A DNA stretch of 16,256 bases from a virus (lineage: Duplodnaviria > Heunggongvirae > Uroviricota > Caudoviricetes). Shown here one piece after another: positions 1 through 6,932 of the stretch. Location of the stretch: the IMG/VR virus record IMGVR_UViG_2713896789_000020. One strand, written 5' to 3'. Every line of letters starts with the position of its first letter. Position 1 is the stretch's first letter. The translations under genes were made by a program, and so were the position numbers. A model generated the notes under the pieces. That model ran no database searches. It saw only the letters and a list, made by a program, of their open reading frames with translations, and had not been told where the DNA came from.

Positions 1-1284
1 TTACTTCTTCGCCTCTGCAACCACTTTACTACCCACGCCGCGGTTATTGTATTCCCACATGCGGTTGTAGTTAGTGTCATTCAGATTGCGCTGTATTTCG
101 TCGTTATCATCTACGCTGCCGGTATTACCCGCAAACGGACGATTAGAGATCACCGCATCGGCCCACGGTTTAGCCGTGTTAAAACCTTCGTTGATGGCGC
201 TATCACGGATCACCACCTGACCGTTGGTATTGGCATCAACATCCAGCGAGCGGCCCAGTTGCGCCACACCATCACCGAAAGCATTGAAACGGCTGTTTAC
301 GGCGAGGAAACCGTAGTAAATGTTGGACAGCGTAGCCGGTGCAAACACATACGCTTCTTGCTGAGTACGTGAGTTCACCACGCGGAATTCGGTGTTATCG
401 AACACCACTGCGCCGCGACCAGAAACGATATCCACATCCCCTTCAATGTAGCTGTTGGTCACCAGCGTACGCGGCTGACGATTTGTTTCCAGACGGTTCT
501 GCACACCGCTGTTGGTGACAAAGAAGGTGTTCTGACGACCGAGAATGTTAACGTTGTTAATCTGTACCTGGTCACCATCAGTACGCAGTGCCACCGCCGG
601 ATGGTTACCTGCATCTACGCTATCGCCCAGCGTGTTTTCGATGGTCAGATTTTGCAGTTGCAGGCCATTGTTTTGTGACCAGAAGACCGCAGAGCAGAGA
701 ACACCGATACTGTCGCTGCGTTTGCTCTGGCAGCTATCGTACATATACCACGCTGGTTTACCTGGCATATATTTGCCGCGCGGGTTGACGTCGTGACGCC
801 AGTCGGCAGGGCTCATGCCACCATCAAGGGAAAGCCCAATCTTCACATCAATCGGTTTTTCACCTGTACCGTACAGAGTAATTCCACCCGGAGCGGCAGG
901 GACATATACCGTTCCCTGATACTCACCAGGCATCACGGCAATATACTGGCGCTTGTTGGTACGCTTGATAATTGCCGCATCTACCGCCGCCTGAATCGTG
1001 GTATGCGTTACACCTTGAGTGCCCGCCGGGCCGACAACAAAGTCAGGTTGCGCAGGCAGGGTAATCGGGGAAGGATTCCACGCTGCAGCACCTGGTGTCA
1101 GGGATGCAAAATAGTGTTGAGCATCGAAATTCTGCGCTTCTTTTGCCGACAGAATCGGGCGAGAAGAGGTACCAGGCGCGGTTTGATCAGAAGGACGTTG
1201 ATCGGGCGGGGTTGAGCTACAGGCGGTCAGCGTCACGCCAAAAGCCAATGCCAGCGCCAGACGGGAAACTGAAAATGTGTTCAC
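1..1284 (-). CDS. ybhC: YbhC-like outer-membrane lipoprotein (pectinesterase / carbohydrate-esterase family); host gene flanking attB-lambda
   Basis: Complete 427-aa ORF with lipoprotein-type signal peptide (…LTACSS); recognised from the translation as the E. coli gene adjacent to the lambda attachment site; identity from recall, not searched. Confidence 0.85.
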   Translation of the reverse strand: MNTFSVSRLALALAFGVTLTACSSTPPDQRPSDQTAPGTSSRPILSAKEAQNFDAQHYFASLTPGAAAWNPSPITLPAQPDFVVGPAGTQGVTHTTIQAAVDAAIIKRTNKRQYIAVMPGEYQGTVYVPAAPGGITLYGTGEKPIDVKIGLSLDGGMSPADWRHDVNPRGKYMPGKPAWYMYDSCQSKRSDSIGVLCSAVFWSQNNGLQLQNLTIENTLGDSVDAGNHPAVALRTDGDQVQINNVNILGRQNTFFVTNSGVQNRLETNRQPRTLVTNSYIEGDVDIVSGRGAVVFDNTEFRVVNSRTQQEAYVFAPATLSNIYYGFLAVNSRFNAFGDGVAQLGRSLDVDANTNGQVVIRDSAINEGFNTAKPWADAVISNRPFAGNTGSVDDNDEIQRNLNDTNYNRMWEYNNRGVGSKVVAEAKK

Positions 1285-1322
1285 AGGTTGCTCCGGGCTA
1301 TGAAATAGAAAAATGAATCCGT

Positions 1323-1425
1323 TGAAGCCTGCTTTTTTATACTAAGTTGGCATTATAAAAAAGCATTGCTTATCAATTTGTTGCAACGAACAGGTCACTA
1401 TCAGTCAAAATAAAATCATTATTTG
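1323..1425. other. attL: attL (B-O-P'): lambda att core GCTTTTTTATACTAA at 1331-1345, followed by P' arm with IHF-like site (about 1366-1378, tatcaatttgttg) and three arm-type Int sites (about 1392-1421, aggtcactat / cagtcaaaat / aaaatcatta)
   Basis: Exact 15-bp lambda core seen directly; downstream arm matches lambda P' arm as recalled; int stop codon lies inside the P' arm as in lambda. Confidence 0.88.
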
Positions 1426-2489
1426 ATTTCAATTTTGTCCCACTCCCTGCCTCTGTCATCACGATACTGTGATGCCATGGTGTCCGACTTATGCCCGAGA
1501 AGATGTTGAGCAAATTTATCGCTTATCTGCTTCTCATAGAGTCTTGCAGACAAACTGCGCAACTCGTGAAAGGTTGGCGGATCCCCTTCGAAGGAGAGAC
1601 CTGATGCTTTTCGTGCGCGCATAAAATACCTTGATACTGTGCCGGATGAAAGCGGTTCACGACGAGTAGATGCAATTATGGTTTCTCCGCCAAGAATCTT
1701 TTTGCATTTATCAAGTGTTTCCTTCATTGATATCCCGAGAGCATCAACATGCAATGTTGTTGGGATGGCAATTTTTACGCCTGTTTTGCTTTGCTCGACA
1801 TAAAGATATCCATCTACGATATCAGACCACTTCATTTCGCATAAATCACCAACTCGCTGCCCGGTAACAACAGCCAGTTCCATTGCAAGTCTAAGCCAAC
1901 ATGGTGATGATTCTGCTGCTTGATAAATTTTCAGGTATTCGTCAGCCGTAAGTCTTGATCTCCTTACCTCTGATTTTGCAGCGCGAGTGGCTGCGACCGG
2001 GTTTGTTGTTATATGGCCTTCAGCCATAGCCTCTCGGAATGCATCGCTCAGTGTTGATCTGATTAACTTGGCTGATGCCGCCTTTCCCTCGTCTATGTAT
2101 CCATTGAGCATTGCCGCAATTTCTTTTGTGGTGATGTCTTCAAGTGGAGCATCAGGCAGACCCCTCCTTATTGCTTTAATTTTGCTCATGTAATTTATGA
2201 GTGTCTTCTGCTTGATTCCTCTGCTGGCCAGGATTTTTTCGTAGCGATCAAGCCATGAATGTAACGTAACGGAATTATCACTGTTGATTCTCGCTGTCAG
2301 AGGCTTGTGTTTGTGTCCTGAAAATAACTCAATGTTGGCCTGTATAGCTTCAGTGATTGCGATTCGCCTGTCTCGGCCTAATCCAAACTCTTTACCCGTC
2401 CTTGGGTCCCTGTAGCAGTAATATCCATTGTTTCTTATATAAAGGTTAGGGGGTAAATCCCGGCGCTCATGACTTCGCCTTCTTCCCAT
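1419..2489 (-). CDS. int: Lambda integrase (tyrosine recombinase)
   Basis: 356-aa ORF; translation matches lambda Int essentially along its length (MGRRRSHERRDLPPNLYIRNNGYYCYRDPRTGKEFGLGRD…, C-terminal …HLLGHKSDTMASQYRDDRGREWDKIEIK). Confidence 0.97.
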   Translation of the reverse strand: MGRRRSHERRDLPPNLYIRNNGYYCYRDPRTGKEFGLGRDRRIAITEAIQANIELFSGHKHKPLTARINSDNSVTLHSWLDRYEKILASRGIKQKTLINYMSKIKAIRRGLPDAPLEDITTKEIAAMLNGYIDEGKAASAKLIRSTLSDAFREAMAEGHITTNPVAATRAAKSEVRRSRLTADEYLKIYQAAESSPCWLRLAMELAVVTGQRVGDLCEMKWSDIVDGYLYVEQSKTGVKIAIPTTLHVDALGISMKETLDKCKKILGGETIIASTRREPLSSGTVSRYFMRARKASGLSFEGDPPTFHELRSLSARLYEKQISDKFAQHLLGHKSDTMASQYRDDRGREWDKIEIK

Positions 2490-2685
2490 TTCTGATCCTC
2501 TTCAAAAGGCTACCTGTTACTGGTCGATTTAAGTCAACCTTTACCGCTGATTCGTGGAACAGATATTCTCTTCCATCCTTAACCGGAGGAGGGAATATCC
2601 TGCATTCGCGCACCCATCGACGAACTGTTTCAAGGCTTCTTGGGCGTCGCTGGCGAGCGTTCCACTCCTGAAGTGTCAAGTACAT
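2467..2685 (-). CDS. xis: Lambda excisionase
   Basis: 72-aa ORF MYLTLQEWNARQRRPRSLETVRRWV… matching lambda Xis; 3' end overlaps int start as in lambda. Confidence 0.95.
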   Translation of the reverse strand: MYLTLQEWNARQRRPRSLETVRRWVRECRIFPPPVKDGREYLFHESAVKVDLNRPVTGSLLKRIRNGKKAKS

Positions 2686-2712
2686 CGCAAAGTCTCCGCA
2701 ATTACACGCAAG

Positions 2713-2732
2713 AAAAAACCGCCATCAGGCGG
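2713..2732 (-). terminator. Putative intrinsic terminator (minus strand): stem ccgcc/ggcgg with 4-nt loop, followed on the minus strand by a U6 run
   Basis: Plus-strand sequence agaaaaaaccgccatcaggcggc; hairpin plus T-run read directly; overlaps the stop codon of the 55-aa ORF. Confidence 0.45.
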
Positions 2733-2892
2733 CTTGGTGTTCTTTCAGTTCTTCAATTCGAATATTGGTTATGTCTGCATGTGCTATCTGCGCCCATATC
2801 ATCCAGTGGTCATAGCAGTCATTGATGTTCTCTGCTTCGATAACTCTGTTGAATGGTTCTCCATTCCATTCACCTGTGACTCGGAAGTGCAT
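2725..2892 (-). CDS. Small hypothetical protein (55 aa, MHFRVTGEWNGEPFNRVIEAENINDCYDHW…), lambda xis-adjacent orf55-like
   Basis: Own translation of the minus strand; ATG at 2892, stop at 2725-2727; region matches the lambda sequence as recalled up to about position 2936, where homology ends. Confidence 0.55.
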   Translation of the reverse strand: MHFRVTGEWNGEPFNRVIEAENINDCYDHWMIWAQIAHADITNIRIEELKEHQAA

Positions 2893-2974
2893 TTATCATC
2901 TCCATAAAACAAAACTCGCCGTAGCGAGTTCAGATATAATTTCCACCAAAGGCAGTAGTTGCTGATGCTAAGAA

Positions 2975-3403
2975 TTATTCAATATCTATTCCTGTAATAT
3001 CTTTTATCTTTTTCCTTGCAAAGCCTTTTGCTAGTGATTTTGAAACACTTATTAGTGTACTAATTCCCTCATCCTTAAAGTTTGTTTTTATAGTTTGCCA
3101 GACCTCCTTTTGACGCAAGTCAGCAATAAAATCATGCCCTCTTGCTGTCAACCTCAGTGGTACTTCGATCCAACTATATCCAACACCTTCCCCTAACTCG
3201 TTGGACATTATATGACCGAACCCAGGTTTTCCATCAACCCTGACTATTAATTCGTAGTCGCATAATAATCGCATATGGAAAATAAAATTTTGGTCATATC
3301 TATTAAAGCCATTATCCTCTAGTTCACTAAGCATCGTGTCAGGGCCATGAGTTTTTTCGAATGCGATAAGTAGATCTTTTAGATATTGCTGGTCTAATTT
3401 CAT
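2975..3403 (-). CDS. Hypothetical cytoplasmic protein, 142 aa, no recognisable family; AT-rich cargo gene
   Basis: Complete ORF with GGAGG Shine-Dalgarno 5 nt upstream of ATG (3403); strongly AT-rich codon usage unlike flanking lambda genes; no signal peptide or TM segment evident. Confidence 0.7.
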   Translation of the reverse strand: MKLDQQYLKDLLIAFEKTHGPDTMLSELEDNGFNRYDQNFIFHMRLLCDYELIVRVDGKPGFGHIMSNELGEGVGYSWIEVPLRLTARGHDFIADLRQKEVWQTIKTNFKDEGISTLISVSKSLAKGFARKKIKDITGIDIE

Positions 3404-3431
3404 TGCCGCCTCCGTGACATGTCACAGAGAT

Positions 3432-3770
3432 TTATATCATTAATTTTGTTTCGTGCCAGCCTTTGGTCACCCAGCATTGTGAGTCACCATTACACGGGCA
3501 TGAATTAACAGGAACTCTCTCGCCGCACTTACCGCAACGTTTTCTGCTGATCGATTTTATACGCCAGCGCACACGTGCATCATCCTGGCGGCTCAGTAAC
3601 GCGATGTACTCACCAAACTCGTAAGGCGCATGCCTGAAGCGGCGCGTGGCTCAGTTACGATCCAGCATTTCAATTTCCTGAGCATCAAGTACAAGCTCCA
3701 GCTTACGCATACCGGATGATGCTTGCTTGGCTCTCTGATCGACTTTGCGCTCTGCTGATGATTTAGCCAT
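3432..3770 (-). pseudogene. Cys-rich small protein ORF interrupted by a single in-frame TGA (at 3651-3653): 39 codons, TGA, then 72 codons ending …RKRCGKCGERVPVNSCPCNGDSQCWVTKGWHETKLMI; either a nonsense-mutated gene (TGG to TGA) or UGA readthrough
   Basis: Reverse complement translated codon by codon: MAKSSAERKVDQRAKQASSGMRKLELVLDAQEIEMLDRN-TGA-ATRRFRHAPYEFGEYIALLSRQDDARVRWRIKSISRKRCGKCGE…; the frame stays open across the TGA for 72 codons. Confidence 0.45.
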
Positions 3771-3966
3771 TCTGCTTTTCCTGCATTAGGAGAAAGACAA
3801 TCATGGCGGCGCGGATACTTCCGGTATCTTTTTACTCGATATTACCCTTCAATGGCACATACAAGAAGAGAGCCATCAACAGGAGTGAGTGAGGAATCGA
3901 CAACCAGCAACGCTTAATTATCTATAGTGTCGTATTTGCTTCATAAAATATGGCGAATAACACAAA

Positions 3967-3998
3967 GCCCGCAGCAGCTCATTGTGCGGGCTTTTCTT
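3967..3998. terminator. Probable bidirectional intrinsic terminator: 7-bp GC-rich stem gcccgca/tgcgggc with 11-nt loop, T-run on plus strand and U-rich tail on minus strand; likely terminates the 204-aa gene
   Basis: Hairpin and flanking A/T runs read directly (aaagcccgcagcagctcattgtgcgggcttttctt). Confidence 0.5.
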
Positions 3999-4063
3999 AT
4001 ACATACTTCCTAGAGATAATTCTATGGAGGCATTAAATTAATACTGTCATTGGTAATATCATA

Positions 4064-4678
4064 TTATCTAAAAGTCTTTCCACTTTTAACGTTTAGGTAT
4101 ATTCTGTTCGACAACGTCATTCCTCCGCAATATGTGAAATAGATGTTTTTCCCCTTATTGCTTGATGCCATCCACCCTCCGATTTCCTTAAAGTCGCTTT
4201 CCGTGCAGACCCCTTCGTTTATTAACTTCCTAGCTGCCGAAGAAAACTCTTTTTTGTATATACGGTAGTCATCAGATCCTTTGATTAAAGTATCATCTCC
4301 GCTCGCATTTTCAGCAGGATCTGATGGCCTTTCACTGCTAAGATCACTAAGTTTAACCCATTCTGAAAACTTGCCATTGACGATTCCGTTTTTTCTTGTG
4401 CAGGATTTATTACCTTCTTTAATATATTCGCTTTCCCCTCCCACACATGAGGCTGAATATGGCTCAGTTATACGAACCCATTCACCTTTTTTTTCTAGAA
4501 AATCTACGCCTTCCCTGAAAAATAGTTTCCCAGCCACTCCACATTTACTTGAAGGGCAGGTATGTCTTTCCGTTCGATCAACAACAACCCAAAGTCTTGA
4601 TTCATTTTTTGCCATTGCCGATGGTATTTGAGATGAGACAATTAACGTAAGCCCTAAAATTAGTATTGATTTTTTCAT
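4064..4678 (-). CDS. Secreted/periplasmic hypothetical protein, 204 aa, with Sec signal peptide, 6 cysteines, and a possible SH3b-like N-terminal domain; AT-rich moron-like gene
   Basis: N-terminus MKKSILILGLTLIVSSQIPSAMA- is a typical signal peptide; AAGGA Shine-Dalgarno 8 nt upstream; segment RLWVVVDRTERHTCPSSKCGVAGKLFFREGVDFLEKKGEWVRI resembles bacterial SH3 pattern (tentative). Confidence 0.75.
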   Translation of the reverse strand: MKKSILILGLTLIVSSQIPSAMAKNESRLWVVVDRTERHTCPSSKCGVAGKLFFREGVDFLEKKGEWVRITEPYSASCVGGESEYIKEGNKSCTRKNGIVNGKFSEWVKLSDLSSERPSDPAENASGDDTLIKGSDDYRIYKKEFSSAARKLINEGVCTESDFKEIGGWMASSNKGKNIYFTYCGGMTLSNRIYLNVKSGKTFR

Positions 4679-4976
4679 TGTAATTTCCTTTTACTTTTTA
4701 CAAAGCGTTTAATCATGGCTGATTATCTTTAAGCGTAGTAACAGCCTTGTGCGAAACATGTTACCAAATCGCCATTTCAGTGTATCCGCAGTTAGGCTGC
4801 CACTTCAAGGATTCCTAATTACATGGTACGTAAGCGTAAAATCCCGTTGGTTGTCGGGTAATAACTCTGATCAAATCTCCCTTGTCTTTTGCTCTTACGT
4901 ATGCAGCTCTTGTGTATTCAACCCAGGCCTCCAGTTCAGCAATACGCTTACTTCCATCCGAGATAACACCTTCTAC

Positions 4977-5228
4977 TCACGCTGCTCGTTGAGTTTTGAT
5001 TTTTGCTGTCTCCAGCTCAACACGCAGTTTCCTCACCGTTAGCGCAATATCCTCGTTCTCCTGGTCGCGGCGTTTGATGTACTGCTGGTTTCTTTCCCGT
5101 TCATCCAGCAGTGTCAGCACAATCGATGGTGTTACCAGCTCATGGAAAAGGTCCGCGTCAAATCCCCAGTTGTCATGCATTGCCTGCTCTGCCGCTTCAC
5201 GCAGTGCCTGAGAGTGAATTACGCTCAC
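4977..5228 (-). CDS. Lambda Ea22-like protein, N-terminal coiled-coil part (83 aa to the first stop); frame continues past an in-frame TGA for 53 more codons to 4818
   Basis: MSVIHSQALREAAEQAMHDNWGFDADLFHELVTPSIVLTLLDERERNQQYIKRRDQENEDIALTVRKLRVELETAK… closely resembles lambda ea22 as recalled; after TGA (4977-4979) the same frame reads VEGVISDGSKRIAELEAW…. Confidence 0.6.
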   Translation of the reverse strand: MSVIHSQALREAAEQAMHDNWGFDADLFHELVTPSIVLTLLDERERNQQYIKRRDQENEDIALTVRKLRVELETAKIKTQRAA

Positions 5229-5382
5229 TTCGAACCTCTCTGTTTACTGATAAGTTCCAGATCCTCCTGGCAACTTGCACAAGTCCGACAACCCTGAACG
5301 GCCAGGCGTCTTCGTTCATCTATNNNNNNNNNNNNNNNNNNNNNNNNNNNNNNNNNNNNNNNNNNNNNNNNNNNNNNNNNNN
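5225..5382 (-). CDS. TraR/DksA-type C4 zinc-finger protein (lambda orf73-like); 5' part hidden by the N-run, so the start is undefined
   Basis: C-terminal readable portion …IDERRRLAVQGCRTCASCQEDLELISKQRGSK carries the second CxxC of a TraR-like zinc finger; upstream part masked by Ns at 5324-5382. Confidence 0.6.
5324..5382. other. Run of 59 N (masked or unresolved assembly gap)
   Basis: Literal n characters in the sequence. Confidence 1.
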
Positions 5383-5420
5383 TGAATTGTTGGTTAATAC
5401 GCTTGAGGGTGAATGCGAAT

Positions 5421-5444
5421 AATAAAAAAGGAGCCTGTAGCTCC
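5421..5444 (-). terminator. Putative intrinsic terminator (minus strand): stem ggagc/gctcc with 5-nt loop, followed on the minus strand by a U-run
   Basis: Plus-strand aataaaaaaggagcctgtagctcc read directly; lies between the 71-aa ORF and the TraR-like gene. Confidence 0.45.
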
Positions 5445-5466
5445 CTGATGATTTTGCTTTTCATGT

Positions 5467-5682
5467 TCACCGTTCCTTAAAAACGCCGTTTAACATGCCG
5501 ATTGCTAGACTTAAATGAGTCGGTGTGAATCCCATCAGCGTTACCGTTTCGCGGTGCTTCTTCAGTACGCTACGGCAAATGTCATCGACGTTTTTATCCG
5601 GAAACTGCTGTCTGGCTTTTTTGATTTCAGAATTAGCCTGACGGGCAATGCTGCGAAGGGCGTTTTCCTGCTGAGGTGTCAC
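5467..5682 (-). CDS. Small hypothetical protein of the lambda early-left cluster (71 aa from GTG; VTPQQENALRSIARQANSEIKKARQQFPDKNVDDICRSVLKKH…)
   Basis: ORF open from 5748, but the first 22 codons overlap the upstream 27-aa ORF; the GTG at 5682 overlaps that ORF's TGA stop (GTGA), suggesting the coupled start; lambda has ATG at the equivalent position as recalled. Confidence 0.5.
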   Translation of the reverse strand: MTPQQENALRSIARQANSEIKKARQQFPDKNVDDICRSVLKKHRETVTLMGFTPTHLSLAIGMLNGVFKER

Positions 5683-5762
5683 TGAACAAGCCCCATGTCG
5701 GCAAGCATAAGCACACAGAATATGAAGCCCGCTGCCAGAAAAATGCATTCAGTGGTTGTCAT
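5679..5762 (-). CDS. Candidate 27-aa hydrophobic micro-protein (MTTTECIFLAAGFIFCVLMLADMGLVQ), translationally coupled on both sides
   Basis: Its ATG overlaps the TGA of the upstream 63-aa gene (ATGA at 5759-5762) and its TGA overlaps the GTG of the downstream gene; one predicted TM-like segment; too short for the ORF track. Confidence 0.3.
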   Translation of the reverse strand: MTTTECIFLAAGFIFCVLMLADMGLVQ

Positions 5763-5950
5763 ACCTGGTCTCTCTCATCTGCTTCTGCTTTCGCCACCAT
5801 CATTTCCAGTTTTTGTGAAAGGGATGTGGCTAACGTATGAAATTCTTCGTCTGTTTCTACTGGTATTGGCACAAACCTGATTCCAATTTGAGCAAGGCTA
5901 TGTGCCATCTCGATACTCGTTCTTAACTCAACAGGAGATGCTTTGTGCAT
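5759..5950 (-). CDS. Small hypothetical protein, 63 aa (lambda orf63-like)
   Basis: Complete [66 protein letters not shown]; same position and length as lambda orf63. Confidence 0.6.
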   Translation of the reverse strand: MHKASPVELRTSIEMAHSLAQIGIRFVPIPVETDEEFHTLATSLSQKLEMMVAKAEADERDQV

Positions 5951-6105
5951 ACAGCCCCTCGTTTATTATTTATCTCCTCAGCCAGCCGCTGTGCTTTCAG
6001 TGGATTTCGGATAACAGAAAGGCCGGGAAATACCCAGCCTCGCTTTGTAACGGAGTAGACGAAAGTGATTGCGCCTACCCGGATATTATCGTGAGGATGC
6101 GTCAT
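5923..6105 (-). CDS. Small hypothetical protein, 60 aa (lambda orf60a-like), start overlapping exo stop
   Basis: [29 protein letters not shown]…; ATG at 6105 immediately follows the exo stop (6102-6104). Confidence 0.55.
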   Translation of the reverse strand: MTHPHDNIRVGAITFVYSVTKRGWVFPGLSVIRNPLKAQRLAEEINNKRGAVCTKHLLLS

Positions 6106-6743
6106 CGCCATTGCTCCCCAAATACAAAACCAATTTCAGCCAGTGCCTCGTCCATTTTTTCGATGAACACCGGCACCATCTCGTCAAAACTCGCCATGTA
6201 CTTTTCATCCCGCTCAACCACGACATAATGCAGTCCTTCACGCTTCATACGCGGGTCATAGTTGGCAAAGTACCAGGCATCTTTTCGTGTCACCCACATG
6301 CTGTACTGCACCTGGGCCATGTAAGCCGACTTTATGGCCTCGAAACCACCGAGCCGGAACTTCATGAAATCCCGGGAGGTAAACGGGCATTTCAGCTCAA
6401 GGCCATTGCCGTCACTGCATAAACCATCGGGAGAGCAGGCGGTGCGCATACTTTCGTCGCGATAGATGATCGGGGATTCAGTAACATTCACGCCGGAAGT
6501 GAATTCAAACAGGGTTCTGGCGTCGTTCTCGTACTGTTTTCCCCATGCCAGCGCCTTAGCATTAACTTCCGGAGCCACACCGGTGCAAACCTCAGCCAGC
6601 AGGGTGTGGAAGTAGGACATTTTCATGTCAGGCCACTTCTTTCCTGAGCGGGGCTTGGCTATCACGTTGTGAACTTCTGAAGCGGTGATGACGCCGAGCC
6701 GTAATTTGTGCCATGCATCATCCCCCTGTTCGACAGCTCTCAC
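6102..6743 (-). CDS. exo: Lambda exonuclease (Red-alpha), 5'-truncated: lacks the native first ~13 codons and ATG; the frame upstream reads …NHPICVT before a stop, resembling a Bet fragment
   Basis: 213 aa from an internal GTG match lambda Exo from residue ~14 to the C-terminus (…GFVFGEQWR); in-frame stop at 6783-6785 upstream; no ATG. Confidence 0.9.
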   Translation of the reverse strand: MRAVEQGDDAWHKLRLGVITASEVHNVIAKPRSGKKWPDMKMSYFHTLLAEVCTGVAPEVNAKALAWGKQYENDARTLFEFTSGVNVTESPIIYRDESMRTACSPDGLCSDGNGLELKCPFTSRDFMKFRLGGFEAIKSAYMAQVQYSMWVTRKDAWYFANYDPRMKREGLHYVVVERDEKYMASFDEMVPVFIEKMDEALAEIGFVFGEQWR

Positions 6744-6932
6744 GTCGATCCCGGTAACGCAGATCGGATGATTACCGGTTCGCTACCAGGGAAGAACGGG
6801 AAGGAAAGGTGAGCACGAATCTGATTTTCAAGGAGTGTCGCCAGAGTGCCGCGATGAAGCGGGTGTTGGCATTTTATCGCGGCAATTTTCAATAGACTAT
6901 GTACATAAAAATATCATTTTTTTAATACATGT

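Noticed and set aside
545-1316. Four plus-strand ORFs (545-796, 588-788, 793-1215, 1095-1316) inside ybhC
   Set aside because: Entirely antisense to a well-supported 427-aa gene; Arg/Cys-rich low-complexity translations typical of shadow frames
1670-2193. Plus-strand ORFs 1670-1867 and 1987-2193 inside int
   Set aside because: Antisense to lambda int; no ribosome-binding site; shadow ORFs
2554-2907. Plus-strand ORFs 2554-2907 and 2640-2825
   Set aside because: Antisense to xis and the orf55-like gene, whose lambda-type products are far better supported
3651-3653. Selenocysteine insertion at the in-frame TGA
   Set aside because: No convincing SECIS-like stem-loop immediately downstream (only a weak 4-bp stem), and phage small proteins are not known selenoproteins; nonsense mutation or simple readthrough is more plausible
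3803-3892. Plus-strand 29-aa ORF (MAARILPVSFYSILPFNGTYKKRAINRSE) with AGGAG upstream, and the idea of a plus-strand small RNA ending at the 3967-3998 hairpin
   Set aside because: Spacing to the ribosome-binding site is long, no convincing promoter found, and the hairpin is adequately explained as the terminator of the 204-aa gene; kept only as a low-probability possibility
4281-4631. Plus-strand 116-aa ORF
   Set aside because: Lies wholly inside the minus-strand 204-aa secreted-protein gene, which has a signal peptide and ribosome-binding site; antisense shadow
4749-5042. Plus-strand 97-aa ORF
   Set aside because: Antisense to the ea22-like frame; Cys/Ser-rich composition; no ribosome-binding site
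5111-5470. ORFs containing runs of X (5111-5422 plus strand, 5225-5470 minus strand) reported by the six-frame track
   Set aside because: Both are read across the 59-nt N-run, so their continuity is an artefact; only the C-terminal TraR-like part at 5225-5323 is interpretable, and the stretch 5383-5470 contains a terminator hairpin rather than coding sequence
5695-6422. Plus-strand ORFs 5695-5880, 5902-6228, 6069-6422
   Set aside because: Antisense to the orf63/orf60a/exo genes, which match lambda proteins
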